Position numbers and translations under genes: made by a program. From Patescibacteria group bacterium (GTDB lineage Bacteria > Patescibacteriota > JACPGU01): 64,000 nt of DNA. This document shows positions 11,500 to 22,567 of the stretch, one piece after another. The stretch lies in NCBI GenBank assembly GCA_041675145.1, contig JBAYUK010000002.1, positions 280,530 through 344,529 on the forward strand, given 5' to 3'. Under the pieces are notes generated by a model, which saw only the letters and a list, made by a program, of their open reading frames with translations, was not told the DNA's origin and made no database searches. Each line of letters begins with the position of its first letter. Position 1 is the stretch's first letter.

Positions 11500-12618
11500 A
11501 TGAAGAGATTTTCTTTCAAGAAACCAAAATCCGATCTTATACTGTCATTTACAGTATTTTTCCTCCTGTTGTTTGGGCTTATTATGATGTCGTCTGCATC
11601 TGCAGTTGTAAGTTATGAGACCTTTGGGTATAACAACTACTTTTTGTATCGTCAGATAGTATACGTGATCGTTGGATTAGTTGGACTAGTGATTGCTCAG
11701 AAACTACCATATAGTTTTTGGAAAAGCATAGCACTTCCTTTTTTGGGTGTATCGTTTGCTTTGAATGTCTTGGTTATGATACCAGGAATCGGAGTTAATC
11801 ATGGTGGAGCCCAGTCTTGGATAAATCTTGGATTCTTTCAATTTCAGCCTTCTGAAATCTTAAAGCTAGCACTTATAGTGTATTTAGCTAGTTGGCTTGA
11901 TGCTAAAAGAAAAGATATTCATTCATTTAAAAATGTCTTTATACCGTTTTGTATCTTGCTCGGCGTGGTAGCAGGAATTTTGATGAAACAACCCGATCTC
12001 GGATCTCTTTTGGTTATCGCTTTTTCAATGATTAGTATTTACTTTGTAGCTGGCGTTCCACTTATTTACTTAGGACTCATTTCTGGAGGGGGAGTGATGG
12101 CTACCTTCTTGCTGATTAAAGCTGCTCCATATCGTCTTGCTCGTCTTATGACTTTTTTACACCCAGAGCAGGATCCGCTTGGAGTAGGCTTCCATATTAA
12201 CCAAGCGTTGATTGCAGTTGGTTCAGGAGGGTTATGGGGAAGAGGTTTTGGTAAGTCGGGTCAGAAGTATACCGGATATATTCCAGAGACTCCTAACGAC
12301 TCAATTTTTGCAATCATTGCTGAGGAGCTTGGTTTTATAAAGCTACTGATAGCACCGATACTGCTCTTTATTATCTTCGCATGGCGAGGACTCGTTATTG
12401 CAAGCCACGCCTCAGACTTCTTTGGTAAGTTATTGGCCTTCGGCATTACAAGCTGGATTACTATGCAGGCGCTACTGAATATGGCTACCATGTTATCTCT
12501 CGTACCGCTTACGGGCCTCACATTACCGTTTATTAGTTACGGTGGTACATCAATTATTGTATCTCTCGTAGCTGTTGGAATATTGCTCAACATTTCTAAA
12601 TATCAGGCGGCATCATAA
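11500..12618 (+). CDS. ftsW: SEDS family peptidoglycan polymerase FtsW
   Basis: FQPSE, QPDLGS, GSGGLWGRG, DSIFAIIAEELG, LPFISYGGTS; start reassigned to ATG 11500. Confidence 0.95.
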   Translation: MKRFSFKKPKSDLILSFTVFFLLLFGLIMMSSASAVVSYETFGYNNYFLYRQIVYVIVGLVGLVIAQKLPYSFWKSIALPFLGVSFALNVLVMIPGIGVNHGGAQSWINLGFFQFQPSEILKLALIVYLASWLDAKRKDIHSFKNVFIPFCILLGVVAGILMKQPDLGSLLVIAFSMISIYFVAGVPLIYLGLISGGGVMATFLLIKAAPYRLARLMTFLHPEQDPLGVGFHINQALIAVGSGGLWGRGFGKSGQKYTGYIPETPNDSIFAIIAEELGFIKLLIAPILLFIIFAWRGLVIASHASDFFGKLLAFGITSWITMQALLNMATMLSLVPLTGLTLPFISYGGTSIIVSLVAVGILLNISKYQAAS

Positions 12619-12619
12619 C

Positions 12620-13759
12620 ATGCAACATAGAAACTTACGGATAGCTTTTGTCGGAGGGGGATCTGTTGGACATATCGCACCAAACATTGCGGTAATAGAT
12701 GCGTTGTATAAAAAAACGAAAAAAGAAAAGATACCGTTATCTGTTTACTATATTGGCCGTAGAAATACATTTGAGCGGGGTATTGTAGAGAAGGAGAATA
12801 TACACTACTACGGCATCTTTACTGGAAAGCTTCGTCGCTACTGGGATGTACGTCACCTAAGTGACCCTTTTTTAATCGCAATCGGATTCTTCCAATCACT
12901 TTTTATACTTCTATATGCACGACCTGACATGGTTTTTCTAAAAGGAGGGTTTGTGACAGTACCGGTTGCCCTTGCGTGTAAGCTACTTTTTGTACCTATG
13001 ATGGCACATGAATCAGATATTGAGCCGGGCATGGCAAACAAGCTTGCGTGTAAGCTTGGCGCATATATGGCGCTTGGGTTTAATACCTCACTGTATCCTA
13101 CTAGTATTCAAAAGAAGAGTTTCTTCTCGGGTAATCCAATTAGGCCAGATATAACTGGAAAGCTATTGGATCGAAAACAGTTATCAAAAAAATACAACCT
13201 AGATTCTAAACTACCAATTGTTCTTTTTATCGGTGGAAGCCAGGGTTCGGCAAAGATGAACAGCCTACTAGAAAGTATTCTCCCTAAACTTACAAAGAAG
13301 TTTGTTGTGATACATAGTGTTGGCAAGAATGACTATGGGCACTTTGAAGGTCTAAAAAAGGACCTAGATAGTAAATACATACAGAACTATGTAGTGTATC
13401 CATATATAGAACATGATCTAGGGTCTTTTTTACAAAACGCAAGTCTTATTGTGTCTCGAGCTGGAGTAGGGGGGATTACGGAGATTATGTATTTCAAAAA
13501 ACCGTCTATTATTATCCCGATATCCAGTAATGGTGGTCATCAAGTAACTAATGCTAACTATTTAGCTAAGAATAAAATAGCTTCAGTGTTGGATGAAAAT
13601 GTAGCTGATGGAACTATGCTGTATCGTGAAATAGAATTTGTTATTTCAAACAGAGGATTGAAAGACAGAATTACAAAAGTCGCGCCAACGTTGTTTCCAT
13701 CAAATAGCGCTCAGATAATTAGCGACGAGATAATACGTTACCTTGGTTATAGTAACTAG
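12620..13759 (+). CDS. murG: Lipid II GlcNAc transferase MurG
   Basis: GGGSVGHI.P, GGFV, HES, GNPIR, GGSQGS, SRAG, HQ..NA; start reassigned to ATG 12620. Confidence 0.95.
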   Translation: MQHRNLRIAFVGGGSVGHIAPNIAVIDALYKKTKKEKIPLSVYYIGRRNTFERGIVEKENIHYYGIFTGKLRRYWDVRHLSDPFLIAIGFFQSLFILLYARPDMVFLKGGFVTVPVALACKLLFVPMMAHESDIEPGMANKLACKLGAYMALGFNTSLYPTSIQKKSFFSGNPIRPDITGKLLDRKQLSKKYNLDSKLPIVLFIGGSQGSAKMNSLLESILPKLTKKFVVIHSVGKNDYGHFEGLKKDLDSKYIQNYVVYPYIEHDLGSFLQNASLIVSRAGVGGITEIMYFKKPSIIIPISSNGGHQVTNANYLAKNKIASVLDENVADGTMLYREIEFVISNRGLKDRITKVAPTLFPSNSAQIISDEIIRYLGYSN

Positions 13760-13803
13760 TCTGGTTAGTGTGAATATACTCCCCGTGTTACAATAAAAGC
13801 CTT

Positions 13804-15279
13804 ATGAATACATTACCCGCAACAATTTATGGAGGACTGAAGAAGAGACTGAGACTCTTCTTGCACCCCTATGACCAGCTTTTTATCAATCCCAATACCC
13901 ATTTCCACTTTATCGGAATAGGTGGTATTGGTATGTCTGCCATCGCGTTTCTTCTGAAAGATAGGGGATATGTCGTGACTGGTTCAGACATGAAAGAATC
14001 AGACCTAACACATAAGCTTCAGGAAGCCGGAATTGAAGTAGTGGTTGGTCATGCAGAGGGTAACATCACTCAAGCAATTGATGTTGTAGTGGTCTCTTCT
14101 GCAATACCTAAAGCAAATCCCGAGATTGTTGCTGCGATAAAATCAGGAATCCCGATAGTAAAGAGATCCTTCGTACTTGGAAAGCTCATGCAGTCTAAGA
14201 AGGGTATAGCCGTTTCAGGTACTCATGGAAAGACTACTACGACTACTATGATCACGCTCATTCTTCAAGGAGGAGGGTTAGACCCATCAGCACTCATTGG
14301 TGGTGAAGTCAAAAACATTGGCGGAAACTTCCTGAGTGGAAAAGGGGATACGGTAGTAGTTGAAGCGTGTGAGTATGACCGCTCCTTCTTAGACCTCTAT
14401 CCATATATTGCAGTTATTACCAATATTGAAGCTGATCACCTCGATTATTACAGAGATATCCATGAGATAAAAAAGGCTTTTGAGAAGTTTGTTAAAAAAA
14501 TTCCAAAAGACGGCTTACTTATTATTCCATCTGATGACATGAACGCGGTAGAAGTAGCAAAGGTAGCTACCTGTAAGGTAGTAGCGTTTGGCTTTGGCGG
14601 TCGTAGTCAAATGGCAAAGGAGCTGTTTGCTCTCTACTGGGAAGTAGAAGAAGTTTCACAACGAAAAGGGGTAACTACATTTAGTTTAAGTAACGGATCG
14701 AAAACGCACGAGTTTAGTTTGAAAATTCCAGGTAAACATAATGTTTCTGATGCATGTGCTGCAATTATTGCATCTGATTTTCTAGGAGTGTCCATGGACG
14801 TTGCAGGAGAAGTGCTAAAAGGATTTGAAGGAACAAATAGAAGGTTTCAAATTAAGGGAGAGAAGAAGGATATAGTGGTGGTAGACGACTACGCTCATCA
14901 CCCAACTGAGATTCGAGCAACCCTTGAAGGTGCAAAGAAGTTCTATAAAGGCAAGAAAATAATTGCTATCTTTGAGCCCCATCAATACAGCAGAACGCAT
15001 ATGTTGTTATCTGAGTTTAGTCACTCATTTAGTAATGCGGATCTCATAATTATCCCAGACATATATCCAGTCAGAGACACGAAGGAGGATATGAAAAAGG
15101 TAAGTGCTCAGGATCTTGTTACTGCAATTAACAAGAACGGAGTAGATGCACTGTATATAAAAGACTACGATGAGATAGTTGCGTATTTACAAAAAAATAT
15201 AAAGGAAGACTCGCTAATTATGACAATAGGCGCGGGTAATGTGTATAAAATAGGCGAGATGTTTTTACAATCAAAATAG
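13804..15279 (+). CDS. murC: UDP-MurNAc-L-alanine ligase MurC
   Basis: GIGGIGMSAIA, GTHGKTTTT, DDYAHHPTEI, TIGAG. Confidence 0.96.
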   Translation: MNTLPATIYGGLKKRLRLFLHPYDQLFINPNTHFHFIGIGGIGMSAIAFLLKDRGYVVTGSDMKESDLTHKLQEAGIEVVVGHAEGNITQAIDVVVVSSAIPKANPEIVAAIKSGIPIVKRSFVLGKLMQSKKGIAVSGTHGKTTTTTMITLILQGGGLDPSALIGGEVKNIGGNFLSGKGDTVVVEACEYDRSFLDLYPYIAVITNIEADHLDYYRDIHEIKKAFEKFVKKIPKDGLLIIPSDDMNAVEVAKVATCKVVAFGFGGRSQMAKELFALYWEVEEVSQRKGVTTFSLSNGSKTHEFSLKIPGKHNVSDACAAIIASDFLGVSMDVAGEVLKGFEGTNRRFQIKGEKKDIVVVDDYAHHPTEIRATLEGAKKFYKGKKIIAIFEPHQYSRTHMLLSEFSHSFSNADLIIIPDIYPVRDTKEDMKKVSAQDLVTAINKNGVDALYIKDYDEIVAYLQKNIKEDSLIMTIGAGNVYKIGEMFLQSK

Positions 15280-15280
15280 C

Positions 15281-16165
15281 ATGCTACCATTATTTAAAAA
15301 GAAAAATAAATTCTTTCTCTCTAGACGCAAAAGGTTGCGAGCTATAGAGCAAGAGGATTCAAAACAGAAATTTGGGTTTAGTCTCAAAGCTCCTATTGCT
15401 ATGGCACGAAATATTCCAAAGCAATACTCAGGTGCACTTTTTGGTCGCCCGTTTCGCAAGATTCATTTTTCTTTTACGCAAATAGGAATTGGGTTGTTAC
15501 TAATGGTTGTCGTAGCATACTTAATGTTTTTTTCTTCTCTATTTAAGATTAAAAAAATAGAGATAGTGAACAACAAAGTTTTAATCGCAGATGATGTTGC
15601 TCATTTCTTAGAAGATAGAAATATAAAAGAGAAGAACATTTTCTTACTTAATGTTAACCAGACTAGGGATATTCTTAAGCAATACTACCGGCGCATTGAT
15701 GATGTGAGAATATATAAGGTAGTACCAAATAAACTAAAAATAAAGATACAAGAAAAGCCGAGCACAATTTTGTGGCAGATAGAAGATAGGAAATACCTTA
15801 TAGATACCCAAGGGTATGTACTAGGGGAGGCAACTCCAAATGAGACAAGTATGCCAGTTGTAAAAGATGAAGCGAAGATTCCAGTTCATGAAAAAGATCG
15901 TATTGTGACTAAGGCGTTTATTAACTTTGTTAATACGGTGGATGAGAGTCTAAAAAAGAGAGTAGGACTCGGAGTAGATGGATATAGTATTGACCAAACT
16001 ACCTTCGAACTTAAAGCACACATTAATAGTGGTTTTTATTTGGTCTTTGATACAACTAAAGATCCAGCTGAACAGTTGGATAAACTCATGAAGGTATATG
16101 AGAAAGGTGAAATAATTCGTGAGTATGTGATACTCTCTATTGAAGGAAAGGTGATAGTAAAATAA
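15281..16165 (+). CDS. ftsQ: FtsQ/DivIB-like POTRA protein
   Basis: TM followed by a POTRA-like segment (F.IKKIEI..N, PNKLKIKI.E); end of the dcw cluster. Confidence 0.75.
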   Translation: MLPLFKKKNKFFLSRRKRLRAIEQEDSKQKFGFSLKAPIAMARNIPKQYSGALFGRPFRKIHFSFTQIGIGLLLMVVVAYLMFFSSLFKIKKIEIVNNKVLIADDVAHFLEDRNIKEKNIFLLNVNQTRDILKQYYRRIDDVRIYKVVPNKLKIKIQEKPSTILWQIEDRKYLIDTQGYVLGEATPNETSMPVVKDEAKIPVHEKDRIVTKAFINFVNTVDESLKKRVGLGVDGYSIDQTTFELKAHINSGFYLVFDTTKDPAEQLDKLMKVYEKGEIIREYVILSIEGKVIVK

Positions 16166-16182
16166 GGTAACTACGGTGGTGT

Positions 16183-17901
16183 ATGAAGAAGTGGGTGATA
16201 GCGGACAGAGTAGATGAGGATTATATGAAAACAATAGCTGAGGAGGATGATATCCTTGCTCAGATTTTTTTTAATAGAAACATAACAACTGAACAAGAAA
16301 AAAACGACTTCTTAAATCCTGAGTATGAGCAACTACGCGATCCATTTTTACTTAAAAATATGGATATAGCAGTTAGTCGTTTAGTTTTGGCGCTGAAGGA
16401 AAAGCATCGTATCGTTATTTTTGGAGACTATGATGTTGATGGGTGTACTGCGACAGCAATCCTATATCGAGCACTTAGATCGTATGGAGGTTCTGTTAGC
16501 TACTATATACCTGACCGCATGAAGGAGGGGTATGGTATGACCAAGGTTGCAATTGATCACCTCATTGATCGTGGTACCGACTTGATTATCACTGTAGATA
16601 ACGGTACCGCAAGCTACGACGAAGTAGGGTATGCTAAAGAACATAATATTGATGTCATCATTACCGACCATCATGAAGTAACGAAAGAGGTACCGCAGGC
16701 ACTGGCGGTTATTAACCCTAAGCAACTCGATGACCCATACCCATTTGAGGGCATATGTGGAGCTACCGTGGCTTTTAAGCTTGTGTGTGCGCTAACTATG
16801 CGGTTAGGGGAGAAGGATGATTCTATACGGCTTGAGCAGCTGAAGTGGTACTTAGATCTTGTGGCTATTGGTACAGTTGCTGATGTAATGCCTCTTATAG
16901 ACGAAAATAGAATTCTGGTTAAGTATGGCCTGATGGTTCTCAAGAAGACGAGAAACCCCGGCATTAAGGCAATTGCAAAAGTTGCAGGCATTGAGTTAGA
17001 AAAAGTTGATGTAAGGACTATAGGCTTTGCATTTGCTCCCAGAATCAATGCCGCTGGGCGTATGACTCATGCAGAAAACGCTCTAAAGTTACTCCTCACG
17101 GATAATCCTGCCGAAGCAGAGATGTTAGCACTTCGTCTCGAGCAGTTGAATCGTCAAAGACAGGAGACAGTAAAGTCACATATAGATAATGTAAAACTTG
17201 AGCTATATAGTCGGGACAAGATTGACTCAGTATTAGTGCTGCATGATGCGTCGTGGACTTCAGGAATATTAGGACTCATTGCAGGACGTGTGTCTGAGGA
17301 ATTTTCTAGACCAGTTTTTTGTCTGGCAGAGGAGGGTGGTATGTTTAAAGGTTCTGCTCGTTCTTCAGTAGACTTCCATATTGTTGAGGCTATGAAGGCA
17401 GTATCAGAAACACTTGTAAAATTTGGCGGACATAAACAAGCGGGAGGGTTTACGGTTACACATGATCATTATGAAATATTTAAACAGTCTCTTATTTCAT
17501 ACGGGGATTTAGTATTGCATGACGACAACAAAGTACGAGAAATCCAAGTAGATGCAGAGATAGATACTTCAAGGATAACAAAAAAACTTTTTAGAGATTT
17601 ACAAAAACTCCAGCCTTTTGGACAAAAAAATCCTGATCCAGTATTTGCAGCGCATGCCATGCTCGTTACTGAGACAAAGCTTGTAGGAGCTGACCTAAAA
17701 CACCTTAAGATTACACTAAAGGATTCTCATAATAATACCTGGAAAGGGATCGCCTTTAGTGTTGAAGATGAGATAAAGGAAATAGAAAGAGGAGAGAGGG
17801 TAGATATAGCTTTTTCGATACAGGAAAACGAGTGGAAAGGAGTAACAAACCTTGAATGTATGATACATGACATCAGGAGGTCAAAGCAGGAGACTACATA
17901 A
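16183..17901 (+). CDS. recJ: ssDNA exonuclease RecJ
   Basis: GDYDVDG, TVDNG, TDHH, GTVADVM, PRINAAGR, GSARS, GGHKQAGG. Confidence 0.97.
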   Translation: MKKWVIADRVDEDYMKTIAEEDDILAQIFFNRNITTEQEKNDFLNPEYEQLRDPFLLKNMDIAVSRLVLALKEKHRIVIFGDYDVDGCTATAILYRALRSYGGSVSYYIPDRMKEGYGMTKVAIDHLIDRGTDLIITVDNGTASYDEVGYAKEHNIDVIITDHHEVTKEVPQALAVINPKQLDDPYPFEGICGATVAFKLVCALTMRLGEKDDSIRLEQLKWYLDLVAIGTVADVMPLIDENRILVKYGLMVLKKTRNPGIKAIAKVAGIELEKVDVRTIGFAFAPRINAAGRMTHAENALKLLLTDNPAEAEMLALRLEQLNRQRQETVKSHIDNVKLELYSRDKIDSVLVLHDASWTSGILGLIAGRVSEEFSRPVFCLAEEGGMFKGSARSSVDFHIVEAMKAVSETLVKFGGHKQAGGFTVTHDHYEIFKQSLISYGDLVLHDDNKVREIQVDAEIDTSRITKKLFRDLQKLQPFGQKNPDPVFAAHAMLVTETKLVGADLKHLKITLKDSHNNTWKGIAFSVEDEIKEIERGERVDIAFSIQENEWKGVTNLECMIHDIRRSKQETT

Positions 17902-19516
17902 GAGAATCGATAAGGGAAGTTCCGGTCATCTCTTTTGGTTTTTTAATATGCATGAGGTCAAGAATGGTTGGTGCAACATCTGAGAGGGTTCCAGCAGGTT
18001 CAGCTATCATATCTTTATACGAAAGACCTGGTTTACTTTTTTTCAACGCTTGAGAAATTACCATAAACGGAACGGGATAAATGTTATGTTCCGTATCGGG
18101 TCCGTTAGATTCAAAGTTAAACATCTCTTCACTGTTACCGTGGTCTGAAGTAATACAAACAGCCCCTCCTAGTTCAAGAGTCTTAGCAGTAATAGACCCA
18201 ACACAGGTGTCTATGATTTCAATTGCTTTTTTTGTTGCTTCAAAATCACCGGTATGACCAACCATATCTGGGTTCGCAAAATTTAGTACAATAAAGTCAT
18301 ACTTCTTTTCAGATAGTGAGATAAGAACTTGTTTTGTTATTTCCTCAGCGCTCATGGCTGGTTTCTCATTAAAGTGTTTTACTTTCAGAGATGGAATAAG
18401 AATTCTTTTCTCACCCATGTAGGGTCTCTCGTTTCCTCCGTTAAAGAAGTATGTTACATGGGCATACTTTTGAGTTTCTGCAATATGAAGTTGTGTGAGT
18501 TTGTGGTCAGAAATTACTTGAGCTAAGGGATTGGTAATATTTTCTTCAGGTAGTACGACTGAGACGGGGAGTTTTGAATCGTATTCTGTTAGAGTTGCAA
18601 TGTGAAGGTTTGAAATCTTAACTCTTTTAAAAGGAGCAAACTTGGGACTAGCAAATGCAGATACAATCTGACGAGAACGGTCTGGGCGAATATTGAAGAA
18701 AAGTATAGCGTCGTTATTCTGTACTGCTCCAACTGGCACATCTTTTTTGTCTACTATTGTGTATGGCTCCACAAACTCGTCACTTTGGTTTTTGGCATAT
18801 GCAGCGAGAATAGGGGTTTTAATAACCTGTGTTTTTTTGCCTTTTCCGAGAATAGCCATGTATGCGAGCTTTGTTCGTTCCCATATCTTGTCTCGGTCCA
18901 TAGTATAGAGGCGACCAGCAATACTGGCGATTTTTGCGTTACAGTTTAGCTCTGCTATTTTTGCTTCAAGATCAGTTATAAATGTTTGGGCAACGGCAGG
19001 TAGGCTATCGCGTCCGTCACACACAACGTGAATAAATATTTTTTCTATATTCCTTTTTTTACACCATGCAAGAATTTCAAAGAGGTGCTCTATGTGTGAG
19101 TGAACTCCACCAGCAGAAACCAGCCCAATTAAATGAAGAGCTCCGTGGTGTTGCTTGATATGCTTTTCAACTTTACCCATTGCCTCGTTGCGAATAAGTC
19201 CATCGCCTGCGATACCGCGACTAACACGAAGCAGTGGCTGGTAGACGATACGACCCGAGCCTATATTAATATGTCCTACTTCACTATTTCCAGCTTCTCC
19301 ATACGGAAGCCCTACTTCATTTCCACTTGCGTGGAGTAGTACCTTCGGGTAGTTTTTTTGTAAGTAGTCGAGATTTGGAGAGAGCGCTGCTCGAACTGCA
19401 TTGCCGTCTGTAATAGGTGAGACACCAAAACCGTCCAGTATCATAAGAACTACTGGGTTTAATCTCTTGGGAATTTTTTCTTTAAATGTTGTTTTTGTTT
19501 GTTTGAAGAAAAGCAT
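17894..19516 (-). CDS. gpmI: 2,3-bisphosphoglycerate-independent phosphoglycerate mutase
   Basis: ILDGFG, GNSEVGH, GVHSH, DGRD, NPDMVGHTG, SDHGNSE. Confidence 0.96.
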   Translation of the reverse strand: MLFFKQTKTTFKEKIPKRLNPVVLMILDGFGVSPITDGNAVRAALSPNLDYLQKNYPKVLLHASGNEVGLPYGEAGNSEVGHINIGSGRIVYQPLLRVSRGIAGDGLIRNEAMGKVEKHIKQHHGALHLIGLVSAGGVHSHIEHLFEILAWCKKRNIEKIFIHVVCDGRDSLPAVAQTFITDLEAKIAELNCNAKIASIAGRLYTMDRDKIWERTKLAYMAILGKGKKTQVIKTPILAAYAKNQSDEFVEPYTIVDKKDVPVGAVQNNDAILFFNIRPDRSRQIVSAFASPKFAPFKRVKISNLHIATLTEYDSKLPVSVVLPEENITNPLAQVISDHKLTQLHIAETQKYAHVTYFFNGGNERPYMGEKRILIPSLKVKHFNEKPAMSAEEITKQVLISLSEKKYDFIVLNFANPDMVGHTGDFEATKKAIEIIDTCVGSITAKTLELGGAVCITSDHGNSEEMFNFESNGPDTEHNIYPVPFMVISQALKKSKPGLSYKDMIAEPAGTLSDVAPTILDLMHIKKPKEMTGTSLIDSLM

Positions 19517-19524
19517 ATAACCGT

Positions 19525-20574
19525 TTATTTCTTGAGATGTTTTTTATAAAACTCGATGTTGTCTATGTAGTGAGGATTTTCTTTTTTAAGGAGTGCGGCA
19601 TAGTAACTTACATAGTCAAAGAAGGATAACCCGTAAAGCAACTGAGAGAGTAGTGTCTTTCCTTCGAGCTGTACCGTAATATACGGTATGCCGTCTCTCT
19701 CTAAGCCTTTTTGAATAGCAGTAAATGCGTGATCTATAAAGCGGTCTTCAAAAGAACTGCGTACAATAACATAGTAAAAAGGATTTTCCTTTTCACGAGC
19801 CTCTATCATGTTGTGAGCAAATTCTGAGACTGGGTAATAGAATGCATATGACTTTGCGTTTTCGTTCATGCTTTGTGCAAAGCGCAGTGACGTAGAAGAT
19901 ATCCCAGGAGCAGACAAAATGAGTGGAATCTTGCCGTGAAGAGTAGTGGCAAGTTGTTTCGCGTTGTTTTCTTGCGTTATCTTCGTGGGTTTAATCTGCT
20001 CACGAAGAGTGGTAAGTTCACTTGAAGCAGTTGTAAGGTTTTTGGATACTTCAGATAACGCTCCAACCCGGTCGAGAATAATAAGAATCGGAACAAGGAG
20101 GTTAGCCGTTGCAAAGCGTGGAGGCTCAGGACTGGTAACGTGAAATACTGGGAGGTTATGTTCAATTGAGAGTATGTCTAACGGTGAATCTTCGTGACAT
20201 ATAAGTACAGTTGGTGCTCCTTGCTCAATAGCTTTTTTAACAGAAATAAGTGTCTCTGCAGTAGAGCCTGAGAAACTCACACCAATTACCAGCGTCTGTT
20301 GGTCAATATAGTTAGGAAGGCTCGTATCATGAATAGAGGTGACAGGGATTGACCCTTCGAAGTCTACGATATTTTTTGCTATTTCACCGGCAATACCAGA
20401 ACCACCCATACCGAGTATGACTACGCGGTTAATGTGTTGCCAGGTTTTGAGTTTCTTTATCTTCTCTGCAGTCTTAATAAAAGCAGCAATTTCTTCTGGT
20501 AGAGCACGAAGTCTCTCAGAAACTCTTTGGCGATCTAAGTGTTCAATGGCTTTAAGGGAGTCTAAATCAAACAT
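19525..20574 (-). CDS. Bifunctional phosphoglucose/phosphomannose isomerase (SIS domain)
   Basis: GMGGSGI.G, SFSGST.ET, PPR, NENAK, E..HN. Confidence 0.88.
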   Translation of the reverse strand: MFDLDSLKAIEHLDRQRVSERLRALPEEIAAFIKTAEKIKKLKTWQHINRVVILGMGGSGIAGEIAKNIVDFEGSIPVTSIHDTSLPNYIDQQTLVIGVSFSGSTAETLISVKKAIEQGAPTVLICHEDSPLDILSIEHNLPVFHVTSPEPPRFATANLLVPILIILDRVGALSEVSKNLTTASSELTTLREQIKPTKITQENNAKQLATTLHGKIPLILSAPGISSTSLRFAQSMNENAKSYAFYYPVSEFAHNMIEAREKENPFYYVIVRSSFEDRFIDHAFTAIQKGLERDGIPYITVQLEGKTLLSQLLYGLSFFDYVSYYAALLKKENPHYIDNIEFYKKHLKK

Positions 20575-20712
20575 AGGCGTAATTTAGTATTGGTACTAGT
20601 ATACCTTTTTACGGCTGTATTGTGAAGTCGGTCACAAAAACCGCCAACCTTGTAAATATGAGCTAAAAACGCTACAATACTGGGATATAACCCTATTGCA
20701 TTAACCATTGGT

Positions 20713-22425
20713 ATGGCCGACTTCCAAAAGATCAAAAACTTTATTTCAAAGAAACGCTTCATAATCCTTGCGGTGATTGTAGTAGTAGGAGGCTTTTTGT
20801 TTAACAAAAGTAGACAAGTTCCGCAATATGAGCTGTTTACGGTAAGCCGCGAACAGAGCCTAACTCAGGAAGTGGCATCGACGGGTCGCGTTCAAGCTGC
20901 CAATAGCGTGGACCTCGCATTTGAGACGAGTGGAAGAGTAGAGAAACTTAACTTTAAAGTAGGCCAGAAAGTTACTGCCGGTAAGACTCTGGCTACGTTA
21001 TCGAGTGCAGACCTCTCGGCGCAGTTATCTCAGTCTCAGTCGAGCGTAGAGAGTGCACAGGCTGCGCTTCAAATACAGCAAGCAAAACTTGCTGAAGTAA
21101 AAAATGGTTCAAGACCAGAAGATATTACTATTGCCCAAACAAAGCTTAGTAACGCTCAAAAGTCATACGAGGATGCGCAGCAAAATGCTACTTCAGTGCA
21201 GAATAAAGCAGATCTCGACTTGGATAATCTCTATACAGGTATTCCATCTATCGCTCAAGACGCGTATGCAAAAGCAGACGATGCGTTAAATAAACAAATA
21301 GATGAAATTTTTTCAGACGATACCACAACGAACCCGCAGCTTACGATTCTCGTTGTAAGTGCACAGGCAAAATATAATGCAGAGTCAGGAAGAGTTATAG
21401 CGCAGAATGCATTTGTGGATCTAAAAAGGGAAGTGGATACGCTTCCAATAAAACGCGAGGATCAGGAAGCAGCACTCCTGCGAATCGCCGGAAAGTTAAA
21501 GGTTATCCGTGACTTCATGACTTCGGTAGGAGAAGCAGTAAATGTGGCGGTAGGTTTAACATCTACTACACAAAATATATACCGAGCAAATGTTGGTACT
21601 GCGCGCTCACAAAGTGTTGCAGCACTATCTGCCGTTGAAGGAAGAAGCCAGGCTATTGCAAATCAAAAAGTAACCAATATAAACGCTATTACTGCTGCAC
21701 GAACTGCATTGAATACTGCGCAGAGCACTGTAACGCTTGCTCAAAATGAACTCTCTCTTAAACAGGCAGGGTCACTGCCTGAGCAAGTTAAAGCTCAGGA
21801 AGGGTATGTAGCTCAAGCTGCAGCTCAGGTGCGTCTCGCACAAGCGAATGTGCGTAGTATCCAGGCGAACATTGCCAAGGCAAGTATTGTCTCTCCCGTA
21901 GACGGTATTGTATCTGCTCAGGATATTAAAGTGGGTGAGATTGCTTCAGCGTATAAGAACGTTATCTCTATTGTAACGGTTGCTCAATTTGAAATTGAAT
22001 CTAATATTCCTGAGGTAGATATTGCACAGGTGCATATTGGACAGACTGCTACCGTGACGTTGGATGCCTATGGCAATAACACTTTGTTCGATGCTACTAT
22101 TACCGGGATAGACCCTGCAGAGACAGTAGTAAATAACGTTACAACCTATAAGGTAACGTTCCATTTTAATAAAGAAGATGAACGCATCAAGCCTGGTATG
22201 ACCGCTAATATTTCTATCCTTGCAGACAAGCACGATAAAGCGTTGGCAATCCCTGTGCGTGCTATCACAAAAAAAGGCTCACAAGGGGTAGTGCGAGTAC
22301 TCATGCCAGATAATAAAGTAGAGGAGAGACTAGTAATTACCGGTCTTCAAGCAACCAACGGACTTGTTGAGGTAGTGGCAGGTGTTGAGGAGGGGGAGAA
22401 GGTAATCCTCGGTGACCAAAAGTAG
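20713..22425 (+). CDS. HlyD/MacA-like membrane fusion (efflux adaptor) protein
   Basis: N-terminal TM, biotinyl-lipoyl halves (LAFETSGRV; SPVDGIV), long coiled coil, IPEVDI, IKPGMTA. Confidence 0.9.
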   Translation: MADFQKIKNFISKKRFIILAVIVVVGGFLFNKSRQVPQYELFTVSREQSLTQEVASTGRVQAANSVDLAFETSGRVEKLNFKVGQKVTAGKTLATLSSADLSAQLSQSQSSVESAQAALQIQQAKLAEVKNGSRPEDITIAQTKLSNAQKSYEDAQQNATSVQNKADLDLDNLYTGIPSIAQDAYAKADDALNKQIDEIFSDDTTTNPQLTILVVSAQAKYNAESGRVIAQNAFVDLKREVDTLPIKREDQEAALLRIAGKLKVIRDFMTSVGEAVNVAVGLTSTTQNIYRANVGTARSQSVAALSAVEGRSQAIANQKVTNINAITAARTALNTAQSTVTLAQNELSLKQAGSLPEQVKAQEGYVAQAAAQVRLAQANVRSIQANIAKASIVSPVDGIVSAQDIKVGEIASAYKNVISIVTVAQFEIESNIPEVDIAQVHIGQTATVTLDAYGNNTLFDATITGIDPAETVVNNVTTYKVTFHFNKEDERIKPGMTANISILADKHDKALAIPVRAITKKGSQGVVRVLMPDNKVEERLVITGLQATNGLVEVVAGVEEGEKVILGDQK

Positions 22426-22454
22426 CACCTGTGGTATAATTTGTTTTACAACCT

Positions 22455-22536
22455 GGCCGGGTGGCGGAATTGGTAGACGCGCACGACTCAAAATCGTGTG
22501 GGGCAACTCATGCGGGTTCGATTCCCGCCCCGGCCA
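22455..22536 (+). tRNA. tRNA-Leu(CAA)
   Basis: Acceptor GGCCGGG/CCCGGCC, anticodon arm CACGA-CTCAAAA-TCGTG, long variable arm, GGTTCGATTCC; CCA not encoded. Confidence 0.96.
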
Positions 22537-22567
22537 TTAGGAAATAACTTCGATAGCAACAACAGAC

